Assembly: GCA_043228905.1 (NCBI GenBank)
Contig: JBHGNT010000006.1
Span: forward strand, 9,052,001-9,116,000
Reading direction: 5' to 3'
DNA: 64,000 nt
Origin: Azolla caroliniana
Taxonomy: Eukaryota > Plantae > Polypodiophyta
The notes under the pieces were generated by a model. The model was not told the DNA's origin and made no database searches. It was given only the letters and a program-made list of their open reading frames with translations. Positions 62,341 to 64,000 of the stretch are shown piece after piece. Position numbers and translations under genes: made by a program. Every line of letters starts with the position of its first letter. The stretch's first letter is position 1.

Positions 62341-64000
62341 AACTTGATTAATTGTGTTGATTCATCTTGTCACCCCAAAAGAGAGAAGTGCTACAAGGAA
62401 ATGAGAGAGAGATGGTGATGTTCCAAGTATCCATATTGGAGTCTGAGTTTGATTGATGGCCAATGTCTTTCACAAATGGAGATATAGAATAGAGATCAAC
62501 AACGTAAGAAGTGTGAATGTAGCATTGGTGCTTGAAGTTGTACATTAAACCAAACTTCACCTACATACATCAGTGGTGGTGGGTGTTTTGTAGGTGTGAC
62601 GACAACGATGACATGTGGTGGCAAAACCATGAGAGGAATATGGATAACCATAGGTGATAGAAGAGAGGATTTTTAATTCAGGCTATTAGGGAGTGGGACA
62701 ACCATAGTCTGGTGGGAACACTTAAAAGTCTTAATTTTTTTTTGGAAAACAAAAAAGTCTTAATTTCTTCTATGAATGTACTAAAAGTTGTTACCTCATT
62801 AATAAAGTGAATATATTTGATCTCTCGCAATGATTTGTTCTTCCATTACTATTAGGTGGTGGTTTGCTTAATTTCTCTTAATTAATATTAAATGTTGTCT
62901 ATGTGGAACTGCAGGTGCTTTAAACATCCTTACTTTTCCGAATCTTTCATTAATTTCTCATCTCTGTCGAATGGATTCGATTATCGACAAAGTACACCAT
63001 ATTTTTTTATAGGCAGTGCACTTTAGATACGGAGAATCACATCAATAATGGCATTCCCTTCTCAGCCCCAATAATGGCATTGTTTGTACCTTTCTATCTT
63101 CTTGAGGTTTTTGTTAGGTCAGAACCCCATTTTCCCATTGATTTGCGCATGTCGTTCTTGGCGCCTGCATGCTCTCTTGACTGCCCCCTCTCAGAAATGA
63201 GACCGTCTTCATTTTCCATGAGGATTCCAAAGGTCTCTTCGGTCTAGCTTTTAAAAATAAAAGCACCTTACTCAAGTCTAGGACAAAATTAGTTGAGCGA
63301 GCAAATCTTCGTTCGATGGAACTCTTTAAGCGTGACTCCGACACTCGATGATTTGTTCGAAGCTTCGACCTTAAGTATATTAGACCTTTCTTTGTTATCC
63401 AGAACGAATGAATCATCGAGGATGATGTATTCCTTGTTTCGAAAGATTCCCAATTTAGGCTTTTTGCTTGAATTTCTAGGATCCGAGGATGAAGGAACAC
63501 ATCTTTTAGTCAAAGTGGCCGTTTGGGTCCACGATTATTTCTATGGCCTTATCAAGGCCAACTGTGTTATCCCTTTCGGTGGAGCATGTGGTCCATTATC
63601 ATCGTAAGCATATGGATGAAATCTTAACTCGGCACTCCAACTATCATCCCTTGCCACTTGTTTCACATCGGATTCACTAAAGATGTGTGAAGGGGAGACC
63701 GAATAAGGTCATGTGTCAAAATGACTTCTAACATAACCAAGTAGGTCATTATCATGTTCATTGCTGGATTGGCTGAACCTTTCAATGAAAATGTGAAAAA
63801 AAACACCAATTGGCTCATGCACGCATACTTGTATTCCGGTATTTCACACGCATGTCTATGTGATTGTGAAGTTCATTTCCTAGTTTCCCAGTTTCTGAAA
63901 ATGTTCCAAACAAATATCTTTCGTGGACAATGCAAAAAATCAGGGAGCCTTCAAGAGGCAAAAATTAATAGCATACATTATTTCTTGCATTATGCAAATT

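Noticed and set aside
63114-63607. Overlapping minus-strand ORFs (128 and 74 aa) possibly from one frameshifted gene
   Set aside because: No recognisable family, splice structure or element boundaries; likely a TE-derived fragment.

Overview
This is an AT-rich, transposon-dense plant nuclear window; the element types (Tcn1-like chromovirus, RTEX-like LINE) suggest a non-seed plant, by inference. Host genes: a six-exon UBC7/13/14-type (UBE2G1-like) E2 enzyme (27050-31567, +) and two divergently oriented six-exon paralogues of the selective-autophagy receptor NBR1. Copy A (40417-35815, -) is intact at 713 aa. Copy B (56647-60972, +) has a TGG>TGA stop at the inter-UBA Trp. A third decayed NBR1 exon-2 relic lies near 62 kb and a small tRNA-Gly(GCC) cluster near 4 kb. 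Mobile elements: a near-intact RTEX-like LINE embedded in the tRNA-Gly cluster; a full-length L1 with a 16-bp TSD; an older L1 interrupted by a non-coding LTR element carrying a 48-bp tandem array; a nested block between the NBR1 copies (two copia elements, a chromovirus, a hAT MITE); and a decayed MULE/SWIM transposon with a solo LTR. Most notable signals: (1) a Tf1-type 11-nt self-priming arrangement in the non-autonomous LTR element, with a core shared with the chromovirus LTR; (2) tRNA-spaced Pol III A/B boxes inside both of those LTR families; (3) a LINE 3'-tip copy just downstream of a tRNA-Gly pseudogene, suggesting tRNA-targeted insertion or SINE birth; (4) apparent relocation of the ATG8-interacting motif in NBR1 plus a possibly NMD-escaping truncated paralogue.
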